Assembly (NCBI RefSeq): GCF_031769215.1
Contig: NW_026782583.1
Span: forward strand, 186,001 to 250,000
Direction of reading: 5' to 3'
From: Ylistrum balloti
Taxonomy: Eukaryota
Length of the DNA: 64,000 nt
The position numbers and the translations under genes were made by a program. Within the stretch, counting starts at the first letter, position 1; each line of letters starts with the position of its first letter. The notes beneath the pieces were generated by a model, which was not told the DNA's origin, made no database searches, and saw only the letters and a list, made by a program, of their open reading frames with translations. Positions 51,761-64,000 of the stretch are shown in pieces.

Positions 51761-53142
51761 GACAAAAACAAGAAACGCCAGGATAACAAAGATATAAATA
51801 GTGTTGAAAAGGGAAACAACACAATGGAACTTTTACTTAATACGTAACCCTTCATTACATAGCCACATGAAAAAAATGAAAATGAATCTAAAACTTAAGT
51901 TCAATGGGACTGGTAATAAAAAGTAGGACGTAAACAAGTTCAAACATTTATAAATGTACTTGATTTAGATCACTTTAGCACAAAGTTACGAACACCAAAT
52001 TAGGAAAAATTGATTCCAAAGAGCACAGCTTTTATTAAAAAAAAAGAGACCACACTCGAACGTAACAAACATTTCATTTAAAAATTCATCAATCATGTTT
52101 AATCGCATTATCTTTAATAAGAAAATCGGAAAACGAAAGAAAAAAAAACATCCAACCTAAAGTGGGCATAATGCTATCAAAAATGGCTATAACGACATGC
52201 ATTGATATAAGAAAGACAATATTATGAACAAAACAACAACGGAAATTCCTGGTACGGTCAGACGGAGTGCATGTGATCAGTACATGAATAGATTTTAAGC
52301 AATGTTGACTGAAATAAATAATGTTTACTTTATTAGTTCAAACAGAGATCAGTTATGCTGACTTGCACCACTTGTTGGCGGTGTCATCTCTGTCATTCTG
52401 TGGTTGGTGAATCATTCCAATAATTCTAAAATGGCGTTACTCCAGCAGACAGACTAGAGAATACATCGTTGTTCAAAAGAAATGCTTTTCACGTTCGATC
52501 ATTAACTATAGCTATCTATCGTACATGTATGCTATTAGTCATACACCAATACTATGGGTTATTCAGGAGACGTTTTGAGGTTTAAAGTTAGTTCACTGTT
52601 GTTGTTTTTTTTAAAGCAAACCTGTTTATAAAGTGTCCATCTTGATCGCCCCTTCCGCCCCCACACCCCCTCCCCCCTTTACCACTCTCTACTACATCAC
52701 CAAAAGCAGGTAATTCCTCTCACACCTCAGGTAATAACCATGATATACTGAATCCTTTCGACACTGAATAGAGCTTAACTCTGAAAATACAGTGTTCACA
52801 GTATTAGAGTTAATTCACAAGACATCTGCGACACGAAAATCAATGATGTTGAGTTTTTTCAGTTGTGACGTCTTATAAAAAAAAATCACCAACCGCATTA
52901 GATAGTTGACGTCAAGTTATAGCAATCTAGGGATGCCGACGACGGTACGGTACTGTCGCGTTCAAATTAGAACGCCACAAGATTTTTTCGATGCATTTAT
53001 GTCGTTCTTTTTGTCTGTTCAATGCATGGATTGGTAGTGTAAGTTTTTATATAAACACATATTAATTTCGTCCACTAGGGATAAAGTACGCTATGTATAG
53101 TTTGATGAATAAGTCAGTTACTGTCAGTCTTCGGAAATACAT

Positions 53143-53300
53143 GGAAACTGCGGTAGCTGAATCAGCGAGGCGTTTGACTTCAGTACGGAAGTTCGGGTGA
53201 AGGCGCGAGGTCCGTGGTGCGACCCTTGGCGGTGTGTGTGTGTGTGTGTGTTTAACGTGATCGAAGCTGAGAGCTTATATGTTCTTGGTCAGTGCCTTTG
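53143..53300 (+). mobile_element. Possible degenerate tRNA-derived SINE head
   Basis: gcggtagctgaatcagcgaggcgtttgact (box-A-like) ... gtggtgcgaccc (weak box-B-like), followed by (gt)n. Confidence 0.3.
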
Positions 53301-54945
53301 AGTCAGTGAGGTAACTACAAGTCACTTCATGGAGAAGACCTCTCCTACGAATATTACCAGTGAACTGATAAACGTAAAGTTATATTCTAGATCTAATCCA
53401 ACGATTTTTTTTCTTCATTCAAAGTCCAACTTGAAATGACAAACATCTTTAAGATGTCGATAGCCATATACATATTGCCGTTATAATCTGTTACCTCAGT
53501 CTCCAGCTGAAATTCTGTAACATATCATTCTCGGCAAATCGACCTCGACAACATATACGCGTAATATATTTTTCCCTCGTACATCTTTGTGTTGGGAATT
53601 TCAATGTCGAATTATTCTAATCAGATAAATTGTCTCCATTTGCAGTTCCACATGCGCGAGACTGAAAATTCTGCCACAATAAAAGATTTTTTTCTGGCAC
53701 CTACTACTCTGAAAATTATTCGATATTTCATCCGAGTTTGGCGTAGCCCGTGGGAGCCTCAACTACCCACACAGCCTCTCCACGTTTTTTTGCCGATGGT
53801 GCCGCGTAAACATTATTGACCGCAAATAAAAATACCATACTACCTTTCAAGAGCGTGGGTGGCATTTTCTATTCCATTTTAAAAATTATTAATTAAATAG
53901 AATATATCTGAAATTTTAACAATGACATGACCTACGTTTTTGTAGAAATGTTCGGGTGTAGGTGTCACCAGAGACATATATGACACAGACGTGATATGTA
54001 CGTCTCTGGTATCACCTACGCCTACATGCGGATGAATACACCGATGCGTAAAAAAATCCGCGAAAACGCACGTTAGGGTACATGCTTGACAGATCGAGTG
54101 AGATAGAAAAATCTAGGACGAGGTATTACGTTGGATATCCCTGTCTGAGGTACGAAAAAAGCTTGGCCCCTCTCCCCCAACCCCACCCACCTCGGATTGT
54201 GACCGTTCAATCTCACCATTAATAAAGTGAAATTTTCTGGGTTTTAAAATTATTTTTTAACAACTTATTGTTGATTTTTTTTTTATCTTTTGTAAATCTA
54301 TACAGTTTCGGAATTTTTACGGTAATCGGAAAGTTCCTGCATTTAATAAACAGATATTTGACATAGAGGATAACCAAATTATTGGTTGCCTCGGCCCTCT
54401 CCGAATATTAACAGTGTAAATTCTAAACAAGTCAACTAGGATTGAGACGTCATTTGGCGCCCTGTAAATAATAAACTAGATTTAAAACTTTGATATAAAA
54501 CTGTTTTGTGATCTATCTAAAACATCAATAAGTGAAAGTCATTCTGGCCGTCCTTTTTATCTGTGGCTGTTGGTCATACCTATAATTCTTCACTTCCATA
54601 TATACAGCGGTATATAAGCCAGAAATAATTAAATAGTACTCCTGTTTGTGAAATCAAAATAATGCGACTGACTTTAACTAAAATGTTAAACTTCAAAAAC
54701 TTCGAAATGCATTCAGAAGGTTCTGATTTTTATCACCTAGAAATGAAGTTAATAAAAATATATGCAGTTGGAAAAGCTCTTACAATGTTCTATATGTTTT
54801 AGGACAACTCTGAAGAGAAGTCCGGGAGATGTATTCGTAGTCGCTCCCTATCCATCCGAAACAAAGTAAGCGATTAATCTACCTTCGTTAGCCAGTCGCA
54901 AAACCTCAATTATTCACTGCGGAGGTCGATAAAGTACAATTCAAG

Positions 54946-57900
54946 ATGGCGGACCAAGGTAAACAATTTTCGTTCGCTTAGCATTTTTATCTAAATTTTG
55001 ACCGATTTCATGGTCATTATGTTGTCATTAATTTCATATAAGCGATATAGAAAACTCACATTTCATTTTATTTGTAGCTGTATCATCAACACCTCTATTT
55101 TGTTTTGTTAAATATTTAACGTGCGTTGGACAAGTTCACATACGTTCTGACCGGCATTTCGGTAGCTAAGGCCACACATAAACATTACCTCTATATTATG
55201 TACCCCATCAACTCTCTTAATATCCAGTATTATCATATGTTAAAATGTGTAAATATTCAGTATATGTTTTACTTAATAAGTGACATAACATTTTTGTCTT
55301 GTAATTATGATTTTTATTTGTTTTCAGGTATTTATAATAATATATTAAAAAACTACTTACAATGTACTATTGTTGACATTTTATGGACCGTAAAAATGAA
55401 ATTAAGAAAAATTATTTATAATTTTGTAACGGTCTATCTGATGTATCTTATTGCTGTTTTCATTTGTAACAGAGAGCTAGTTGATAAAAAATGCAATTTG
55501 CATTAATGCCAAGTGAGAAATACACATTCCTTGCTGGCAACATGTGTGCTAAAATCAATGAATATGTTCTGTGTGTATGATTACTTTCTTTGTTGTACAG
55601 CCTTTATGCAGTTGATCATCAGAAAGATAAGAAAGCTTCAGGAATAATGCATAAAGAGTTATATCCTTCAGGTTTTCTTTAACTGGGTTCATGTTTTCAA
55701 AAAGCATTTTCTTTTTCAATTGATATTTTGAATTATGCTTTTTTTTGTTGGCTGTTTACATAATCGATAACATTAGATTGATATAAAATAAAGTTGAAAA
55801 TTATTTTTGATAGTTCAGGCAATAGGTATCAAGAAGACATTGATTTCTTTAATTCATTCAACCAAGATCTACATGTCTTTTCTTTAAATATTTTAACATT
55901 ACAGTATCTTTCAGTAATGTCATTAATAAGTTATAGTGACTATTAACAATACTAACCCTGGGTGTTAAGTGGAGCGTTAAAATTGATCTACAGGAGTAGA
56001 TAAATATATAAGAAAATAATGATTATAAGCCTATAAAGATGAAATTTTGACTGTGATAATAAGATGATTCATCACTAAGTAGGAATGTTAAAAAAGTGTA
56101 TTTCTCATTGATGTGTTAATATAAAAAAGAAGCTGGCATATTTAATCCATTATCAAACTGGTAATTTACAGAAATTTATGATCTACACAAGATACTCTCA
56201 CTGCCATTATGAAACTATAACCTCTTTGGAGGGACACTGCATTTTAACTACCTTCCTCTCCCAGCCTACCCTTTGACCCTTTCTTGATATACAATATTTG
56301 ATGGACATCAATTGCACCTATGATACCCTTGCATCTGTTAGTTTATCCCAAGTTACAAAAAAATGTATTAAAACTATTGATACAAAAAGGCAATGTAACA
56401 AATAATACAGTTCTTTGTTGACATTCTCTACAGCAGATTATACCACACGCTGTAACATAAGTCCTTTTCATACCATTGTATCACACATACTGTATATATC
56501 TATTTCTTCAGTGTTGATTCAAAAATCACTTATTCATATACTGAATGTTTATGACTTCATCACAGAAATGTAAGATTTAAGCAGCCAATATCTATACAGC
56601 TATCGTACCTGAGATTTATTATTAAGTCTAGACAGTGAAACATTATATTTCCTATCCATGAAATCATTAAATTAACTTCCTACAGCCAGGGTGTCCCTTT
56701 TCCTATCCTGTTTTACGGTTATTTTCCAAAGTTAGGGAATTGAAAAGTGTCAAAGTATTTTTGTCCTTTATACATGTATTTGGTTACCATGGCAATAGAC
56801 TAGAACTAAGGAATGTTAAGGAGTGCTGAAACTAACCACACAGGCCTCGGATAATGAAATTACGGGGCATTTTATTTCAAACTGTTCAGCACATGTGCTA
56901 TTCCAGAAAAAGTAAAGTAAAAAAATATGGATTTTTTCCTACATATGTCCATAACGTCATTTAAAGATTTGAAATCCTGAAAAGTCAATAGTTGGTCTGA
57001 TTGTCTTTGTGAACTTAATGGAGAATTTTCAAAGCTTTTTACTTGAGTTCAAGATATTTGGTTTATAAGGTACTGAACATTTAGATTAACATGGATTACT
57101 GAAATGAGGTTCTCGTAGTACTAGTGGTAGTTATGGGTTTGTTTGCTGAGGACATGTCAGAGTTGATTTCAATGAAGGACATTTACACAAGAGCTTGTAT
57201 ATGTATACATTTAAAGTAGTATTTATCAGAGATAAACAGAGAAACTTTGTGTTTGAAGTGTTGTCAGCTTCATTTGGCAGAAAGTAGGATAAAAAATTAT
57301 TTCCAATGTCTTGTCAATATATTTATGATACAGGATTTATTAATTTCAGATAAGCAGTATCATTTTCTTTCTGTTGAAAACTGTGAGCTTGAAGAAATGA
57401 TCTTAAGTTTTTAAGCTAGATACTTTATAGAATTTAGATTTAAGAATATGCTGGGTATAATGTATTAGTTTAAACAACTTGTGCAAATAATTAGCATATT
57501 TTGTAATATTTTACCTGGAATATATCAAAGCAAATATCCTGAATTTGTAAACTGTATGTAAAAAGGCACTTAAAATTTAAGTAACTGTAGAGGGATACAT
57601 TACATTAAAGTTAGATTTTAGGAGCTACAGGTAATATTGAGAGATCTATATATCACAAACTTCAAACTTGATTTCATTTAAGGGTGTGTCTACTCCTGAC
57701 ATGAAAGGTGTATAATTATACCCCTATGTCATTAGTCATACATGTTGTGTTTTAAATACCAGGGGTAACATAACATTTTCGACACTGACATACTGGACGA
57801 GTTATTTCTTGTGTAGATTAAGTTAAATGTCTAGTAAACCCACTGTATTACTTCAGCACTTGTTTCGAACAGACACATCATTGTAGACACACAAAGAAAT

Positions 57901-60900
57901 TATACTAGATACTCTGATCCAGTATCAAACAGAAAACTTCCTGAGGAGAAGTTGTAATTTGCTTTGAATTGGTTTTCCAGCATGCATGATGAACTTTCAC
58001 CATACTGATGTACCAAGTTCTATATATGTGAAAAGATTTCAGTGTACATTGGTCATTTAATTATAAGTTTACAGTGTTAAAGGTTGGCCTTTATTGAGAT
58101 CAAAGGATGATCCATATATGAGATCCCTCAAAACTTAACTCCTCTGTTTGATTTCCTATCTTTTCTTATCCGCTTAATGGCAGAAAGACTGTATTAGTGC
58201 ATGGACATCATACCTGTGAAATACATATACTTAAATAGATAAAAACAGGGTGTTTCCTTTACAAACTTGGTTCCGATCTTATCCGCTTAATGGCAGAAAG
58301 ACTGTATTAGTGCATGGACATCATACCTATGAAATACATATACCTAAATAAATGAAAACAGGGTGTTTCCTTTACAAACTTGGTTCAGATTCACAATATG
58401 GTGGCATGTTTTCAAGTTTTACACCTGATTAAACTTTGGTGCTTGTTCATTCACTTTCCGATTTCATTGTAACTAAAAAACAATGCCTCAGTGTTTCATG
58501 ACGTTTTACAAAGTAACAATATTAAGTCATTAACACAGATTTTATTGTATTTAAAAAACAATGCTTAGGTGTTAGAATTGATTTTTAAAGTGTTTTGCCC
58601 AAGGAAACAACCATGGCAGAATGGATCTTAACATCCTATGAATCACAATCAGCCATGAATAGGGAGTGTCGAAGCGCTCATTTCAAATCTTCACCAAGTT
58701 GAAGAATAATGGTGGCCCTCCTTCTTCCACAAACTTTCCATAGGCATTCGAAATTAGTTTCTAGGGTGTTTTCATGGCAAAATGGAAAACAAATCAGTGT
58801 CTCTAATCAAGGATGTTTGATTATATTAATAATGATTTCTTGATATGATGCAAAAAGGGTTTTGGTCATGTGACTGGCCATATGGGTTTTAAATGTTTTC
58901 TCCGTACTTGCAAATCAAAAGATCCTCTATTCTCTTCCGTCCAGGTCAGCAATCGGTAAGAATAGAAAGTTATAACATAAAGTTCCATGATATACATAAG
59001 TCTAAGACTACCTGTTGCATAAATTACATTATCAACACATTTATACATCATTTATCTTACAATCCTCTAGGGGAACAAACACTTGTGATGTACTTTTTGC
59101 TCAAGGTCAGAGAGTGGGCTTATTACAGGACATTGAGACTGGTTTTAATCTTACTACACGGCAATCTGTATTAGTGGCACAAGAAAAGTATAAATCCAGG
59201 ACTCAAATATCTGAGACCCAAAAATCACCTTGCCAGTACATGTAACACTATATTTGTTGATTATCTGTCGCAGTTGAACCAATCATGTTGTCATCACTCC
59301 ATACCAAGTTATATATTTTAAAAACTTCTTAGAGCCTTTTATTTTGCCGAAATAGAGGGTCAGCAAGATGAAAATTGAAATTGAAGTTAGTGTTTGTTTT
59401 TTTTTAAAAGTAATTTTAAATATTTTTTCATTGTAGCTAATATGAAAATTCAGCGGAAGCCATGTCGCTCCTGTGGCAGACAGTTTGTGCAAGAATCATT
59501 GGTAATACTTCCTGACAGCTTGTCCTATTTGTAGCAATAGAAATCCTAAAAATGGTACCCAAGGTTTCATGTCAAACTTATATTATCACTTTTATCACTT
59601 TGAAGAATTAACAAAAACCTGAAATTCAATTTATTAAAAGAGAAAGTATGGAGAGTCTCCAATTTATGTGTTATGTACAGGAAATGGATTGTTATAAAAA
59701 AATCATCTTCTCCCTTTCTAGGCCAAACATGAACCTATTTGTATGAAGCAAGCAGCGAAAAAGAGGAAAGTGTTTGATTCAACCAAACAGAGAGCTGAGG
59801 GTACCGAAGTTAGCTACAGACAAATGAAGCAAGCACAAAAGAAGGTATGTTCTCAGGTAGAATAAACTCAGCAACAAAGACTGTCCATTTTACAGATCAA
59901 GACAGGAGAAAGAACATAAAGAATTATGATTCCAGTCACAGTTGAATAGTAATTTATACTTCACACATGTAATTAGTGGTTCATGATTAAACCAAGGATT
60001 CCTGACTGTGGTTAATGGTTTGTGGAAAGTTCAAGGGTCATGAGTGTGAGAACTTCTCCAAAATTTATATTTATTTTCTTTTGAAACTTTCTTAAACTTT
60101 GAGTGGATGAAAGGAGGTTTTTAGTGTTTCCAAACAGAGCATTTCTGACCAACTTTAGAAAGTTGCAGTGAGATCATTTTATCAGAAAGCAACACAAAAG
60201 TCAAATCTGATAGTTAGGGATTCAATTTCTCATTAAAATTTCCAGAAAGTTTGGTGAGTTTTGAGGGTCGGCAATAAGTCCTTTATAATATTTTAAATGC
60301 ATCATTTTGTAAGTTTTTGAGCACTTGCAATTAATTACTGTATATATTTTTTGATATTCAAAACAGGTTTTAAGCATGCTAAGTTGGAATTTTAATTCTA
60401 AATGCATATGTGATTTGAATATGTAAGAGAGTCAAAACAGGAACACCTCTAGAGATATGTAAAAGGTTTTTTATGGTTGGTTCTTTTCTGCCATATTCTT
60501 TTAGAAGTCTTGGCTTAGAATTCTTGTGAAAAGCTGTCATGTATATAACCAGAATATCAAAAGACTGACATTTTATTTGATATTTTATATTCTGTTAGGA
60601 GGTAAGGCCACCAAAGACAAATTGGAGGGCACAGCATCAGGACTTCATCAACACTGTCAGATCAGCCAGACAAGTTACCGTAGCCATGGAGCGGGGAGAT
60701 CCCCTACCACCCCCTCCTCCACCTTCTATCAACCCAGGTATTCTGTCCTTTAGTCTGAAAAATCTTGTTGATAGATGAATGAAAAATCTATCTTTTTCCA
60801 ATAATTTGTATATTATTTTTATACTAGGCAGTCGGTAAGAGGACACCTTAATCTTCGTCTAGTTCGCTAGAAAGTGGCGATTACACTTGATAGTGGGTTA

Positions 60901-61862
60901 GGATCACTACCAGACTTGATATTAATTCTGCATACAGATGATAATGAGATTCAATAGGCTTTTAATATACACCTTCATTCATTCTGACTCCTTTTCTCCA
61001 GACTATGTACAATGTCCTCATTGTGGCCGTCGGTTCAATGAGAAGGCTGCAGCACGTCATATCGGATTCTGTCAAGAACAACAGAAGAGAATTAGCACAA
61101 AACCACAACCCAACGCCAACGCTAAAGCCAAGATGGATGCCAGAAATTCGGTAAATATCAAGATATGTGGACCTAATCATGTAGAAAAGGTATTGACATT
61201 TAGGGTAGATGATATGCTATGTTATCATCAGACTTTTGGGGCTATGGACCCGTAGGGACAGTGACCTGCCAGGTATAGACTATTATTAGTAGGTACTGAG
61301 GTAGTGGTAATGATTTTACAGTTTGTAAATGGAACTTTGAAGGAAACTATATACTGGTTCCACTTCAGACGAACAAATCATGTGTATAATTACCTGATAT
61401 ATGTAAATGGTTGGTTGAAAAGTTTTAATGTTTATGTTTGACCTAACGGGAAGTGTATATATTTCATGTTATACAACTGAATTAACAGGAACACAAAGGG
61501 TACAATTTTCAATCCAAATTTTACAAGAGAATTTTTCATTTAGCACAACTAGTCTGTCCCCCTTCTCCAGCCTCCTGCCAATTTGATCCTCACATTTTCT
61601 ATATGCCAACACGAAATCTGAAAAAAAAAACATATAGCAGCTGACTTTTAAGTTTCTTTTTGCAAGACATCAGACTTATTGTTACCTTTCCTTTAAAAAT
61701 TAACAAACATCAATTATGGCTTCTTCTACCAGTACCAGCCACCAAAACTAAAGAGTAAAGGAGTGACACCATCACCATCAACAGGATACAGTAGTCCAGG
61801 AGCCAGGGGTTCCCCAGCAGCAACTAGAGGTGCACCAGCAGCAAGGGCATCCCCTTCATCAG
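54946..61862 (+). CDS. ZC2HC1A: Zinc finger C2HC domain-containing protein 1A, first six coding exons (gene continues beyond the window)
   Basis: Exons 54946-54958, 59437-59501, 59722-59844, 60599-60737, 61002-61150, 61733-61862; phases consistent. PCRSCGRQF...LAKHEPIC, KKRKVFDSTKQRAEGT, NWRAQHQDFI, LPPPPPPSINPDYVQCPHCGRRFNEKAAARHIGFC match the family closely. The link from exon 1 to exon 2 is less certain. Confidence 0.92.
58165..58386. repeat. Local tandem duplication, period about 113 bp, 2 copies
   Basis: cttatccgcttaatggcagaaagactg...acaaacttggttc starts at 58165 and at 58278. Confidence 0.9.
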
Positions 61863-62112
61863 GTCAGTGATTCTCCAATATTGACAACTGTCATCATTTA
61901 TTGATATCTCAGATAAATCCTTGGTCTAGACTGTCGTGTTTTCAGTTTACTTACCCAAATAATACACTGAAGGAGTATGTAGGACTAAAACAGGCATTTG
62001 TTTCTACTGTTAGATGCTTGTTTCTGTATTGGTAGGCTTTCACAAGTTACAGGGAAGGTGTGAGGTAATACATGTAAAATTTCTATCGATTTAAATGCTA
62101 CATCTGATATTC

Positions 62113-63280
62113 TAGGTTTGGACTTTCTGTCCATCATTCCCTGAAGGTGATACTTCTGACATCTGTAGATTTGGACTATCTGTCCGACATCTGTAGGTTT
62201 GGACTATCTGTCCATCAGTCCCTGAAGGTGATACTTCTGACATCTGTAGATTTGGACTATCTGTCCGACATCTGTAGGTTTGGACTTTCTGTCCATCAGT
62301 CCCTGAAGGTGATACTTCTGACATCATCTATGTGTAGAGGTTTGGACTATCTGTCTGACATCTGTCATCAGGTCCTGAAGAGGATACTTCTGACATCTGT
62401 AGCTTTGGACTATCTGTCCATCAGTCCCTGAAGATGACATCTGTAGATTTAGACTATCTGTCCGACATCTGTAGGTTTGGACTATCTGTCCATCAGTCCC
62501 TGAAGGTGATACTTCTGACATCTGTAGATTTGGACGACATCTGTAGGTTTGGACTTTCTGTCCATCAGTCCCTGAAGGTGATACTTCTGACATCTGTAGA
62601 TTTGGACTATCTGTCCGACATCTGTAGATTTGGACTATCTGTCCGACATCTGTAGGTTTGGACTATGTGTCCGACATCTGTAGGTTTGGACTATCTGTCT
62701 GACATCTGTAGGTTTAGACTATCTGTCCATCAGGTCCTGAAGAGGATACTTCTGACATCTGTAGCTTTGGACTATCTGTCCATCAGTCCCTGAAGATGAC
62801 ATCTGTAGATTTGGACTATCTGTCCAACATCTGTAGGTTTGGACTTTCTGTCCATCAGTCCCTGAAGGTGATACTTCTGACATCTGTAGATTTGGACTAT
62901 CTGTCTGACATCTGTAGGTTTGGACTTTCTGTCCATCAGTCCCTGAAGGTGATACTTCTGACATCTGTAGATTTGGACTATCTGTCCGACATCTGTAGAT
63001 TTGGACTATCTGTCCGACATCTGTAGGTTTGGACTATGTGTCCGACATCTGTAGGTTTGGACTATCTGTTCATCAGGTCCTGAAGATGATACTTCTGACA
63101 TCTGTAGGTTTGGACTATCTGTCCATCAGGTCCTGAAGATGATACATCTGACATCTGTAGCTTTGGACTATCTGTCCATCTGGTCCTGAAGAGGATACTT
63201 CTGACATCTGTAGGTTTGGACTATCTGTCCATCAAGTCCTGAAGATGATACTTCTGACATGTGTAGGTTTGGACTATCAG
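62113..63280. repeat. Composite minisatellite of 28-bp and 53-bp (28+25) units, often an 81-bp pair, in a ZC2HC1A intron
   Basis: gacatctgtagatttggactatctgtcc, with or without atcagtccctgaaggtgatacttct. Confidence 0.95.
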
Positions 63281-64000
63281 TTCAGTCTGTATACAATTTT
63301 TTTTTCAGGGGCAGATATCAGAACTGTATACTTGGTACAATTTACACTTACCCTACCTATTTATAGTTTTAGATGTCAGAGTGTCTTATACCCAAAATAG
63401 GTCTTGATTGTCAATGTGATTATAGTGAGATAAGGCTCTTTGAACACTGTGTTCATAACAAATTTGTATTGTTTGACTCATAACATCCAAATATATATGA
63501 GGACATCTTGATAAGATGGAGTGTTACATCATGTAATTGTATCCCTTGTCAGATTATACACAGAGTTATGTCCCTTTGTTAAGTGTTTGTCACTTTGTCA
63601 TGGGCATCTCCTCTTCTGTGAATATATGTATACTATTCTGGTATCTCGAGTGATGATCTGGACAGAAATTGTCTGATACAAACAAGGAAAAGACAGATAA
63701 CTTGTCCTTTTAAAGACAGAAAAATGCTAAGATTTCACTTTAGGTAAGGTGTCACTATTGTCAGAGAGGGAAAAAAGGACACCGACAACATGAAGGTATG
63801 CTTAGGTGGAAAGGAATCAGTGTTAAAAAACAGTAACCAGATTAGAAAGATAAAGTTTAGGTTACATTGAGGTAGGGATTCTGTACTGTTAATCTGAAAT
63901 TGTTTCAACTTTCATGAGTTGTTAGAATTAATATTTTAAATTTGGAAAAAAAATTGTTCCTTTGTCCTTTATCTTAAAGAATAATATCCCTTCCATTTTG

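Noticed and set aside
43390-51855. ORFs spanning N runs
   Set aside because: Artefacts of assembly gaps.
58937-58953. Possible 11-nt micro-exon in ZC2HC1A (ccag|GTCAGCAATCG|gtaag)
   Set aside because: It ends in phase 0, while the next exon (59437) needs phase 1; no support without transcripts.

Overview
AT-rich animal genomic DNA with spliced genes, satellites, transposon relics and two N gaps; the repeat types suggest a bivalve or other mollusc (inference). I reconstructed genes by hand from GT-AG splice sites and reading phase. (1) A head-to-tail tandem duplication (about 2810-11995 and 12000-23441). Each unit carries an intact 5-exon, signal-peptide-bearing EndoU ribonuclease gene (minus strand) with a roughly 2-kb minisatellite just upstream. 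One copy expanded a 45-bp unit and the other a related 36-bp unit. (2) A 7-exon ZNF704/ZNF395/Glut4EF-family gene (DUF4772, C2H2, C-clamp; minus, 38316-25947). (3) Head-to-head with it, a 6-exon gene for a probably secreted, CULT-domain-only (cereblon thalidomide-binding-like) protein (plus, 39114-47995). (4) The first six coding exons of ZC2HC1A (plus, from 54946). (5) A possible first exon of an unidentified gene running off the left edge. Also present: a 5'-truncated CR1/L2-type LINE with a target-site duplication (TSD), an L1/Tx1 reverse-transcriptase (RT) relic cut by the duplication breakpoint, HINE/Helentron-like elements, a 177-bp MITE with a 5-bp TSD inside a satellite, and several higher-order minisatellites. 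The most interesting leads are the divergent promoter satellites of the EndoU paralogs, the secreted CULT protein, and the speculative co-location of two kinds of secreted uridine-related proteins. Most long ORFs in the supplied track are artefacts of repeats or N gaps.
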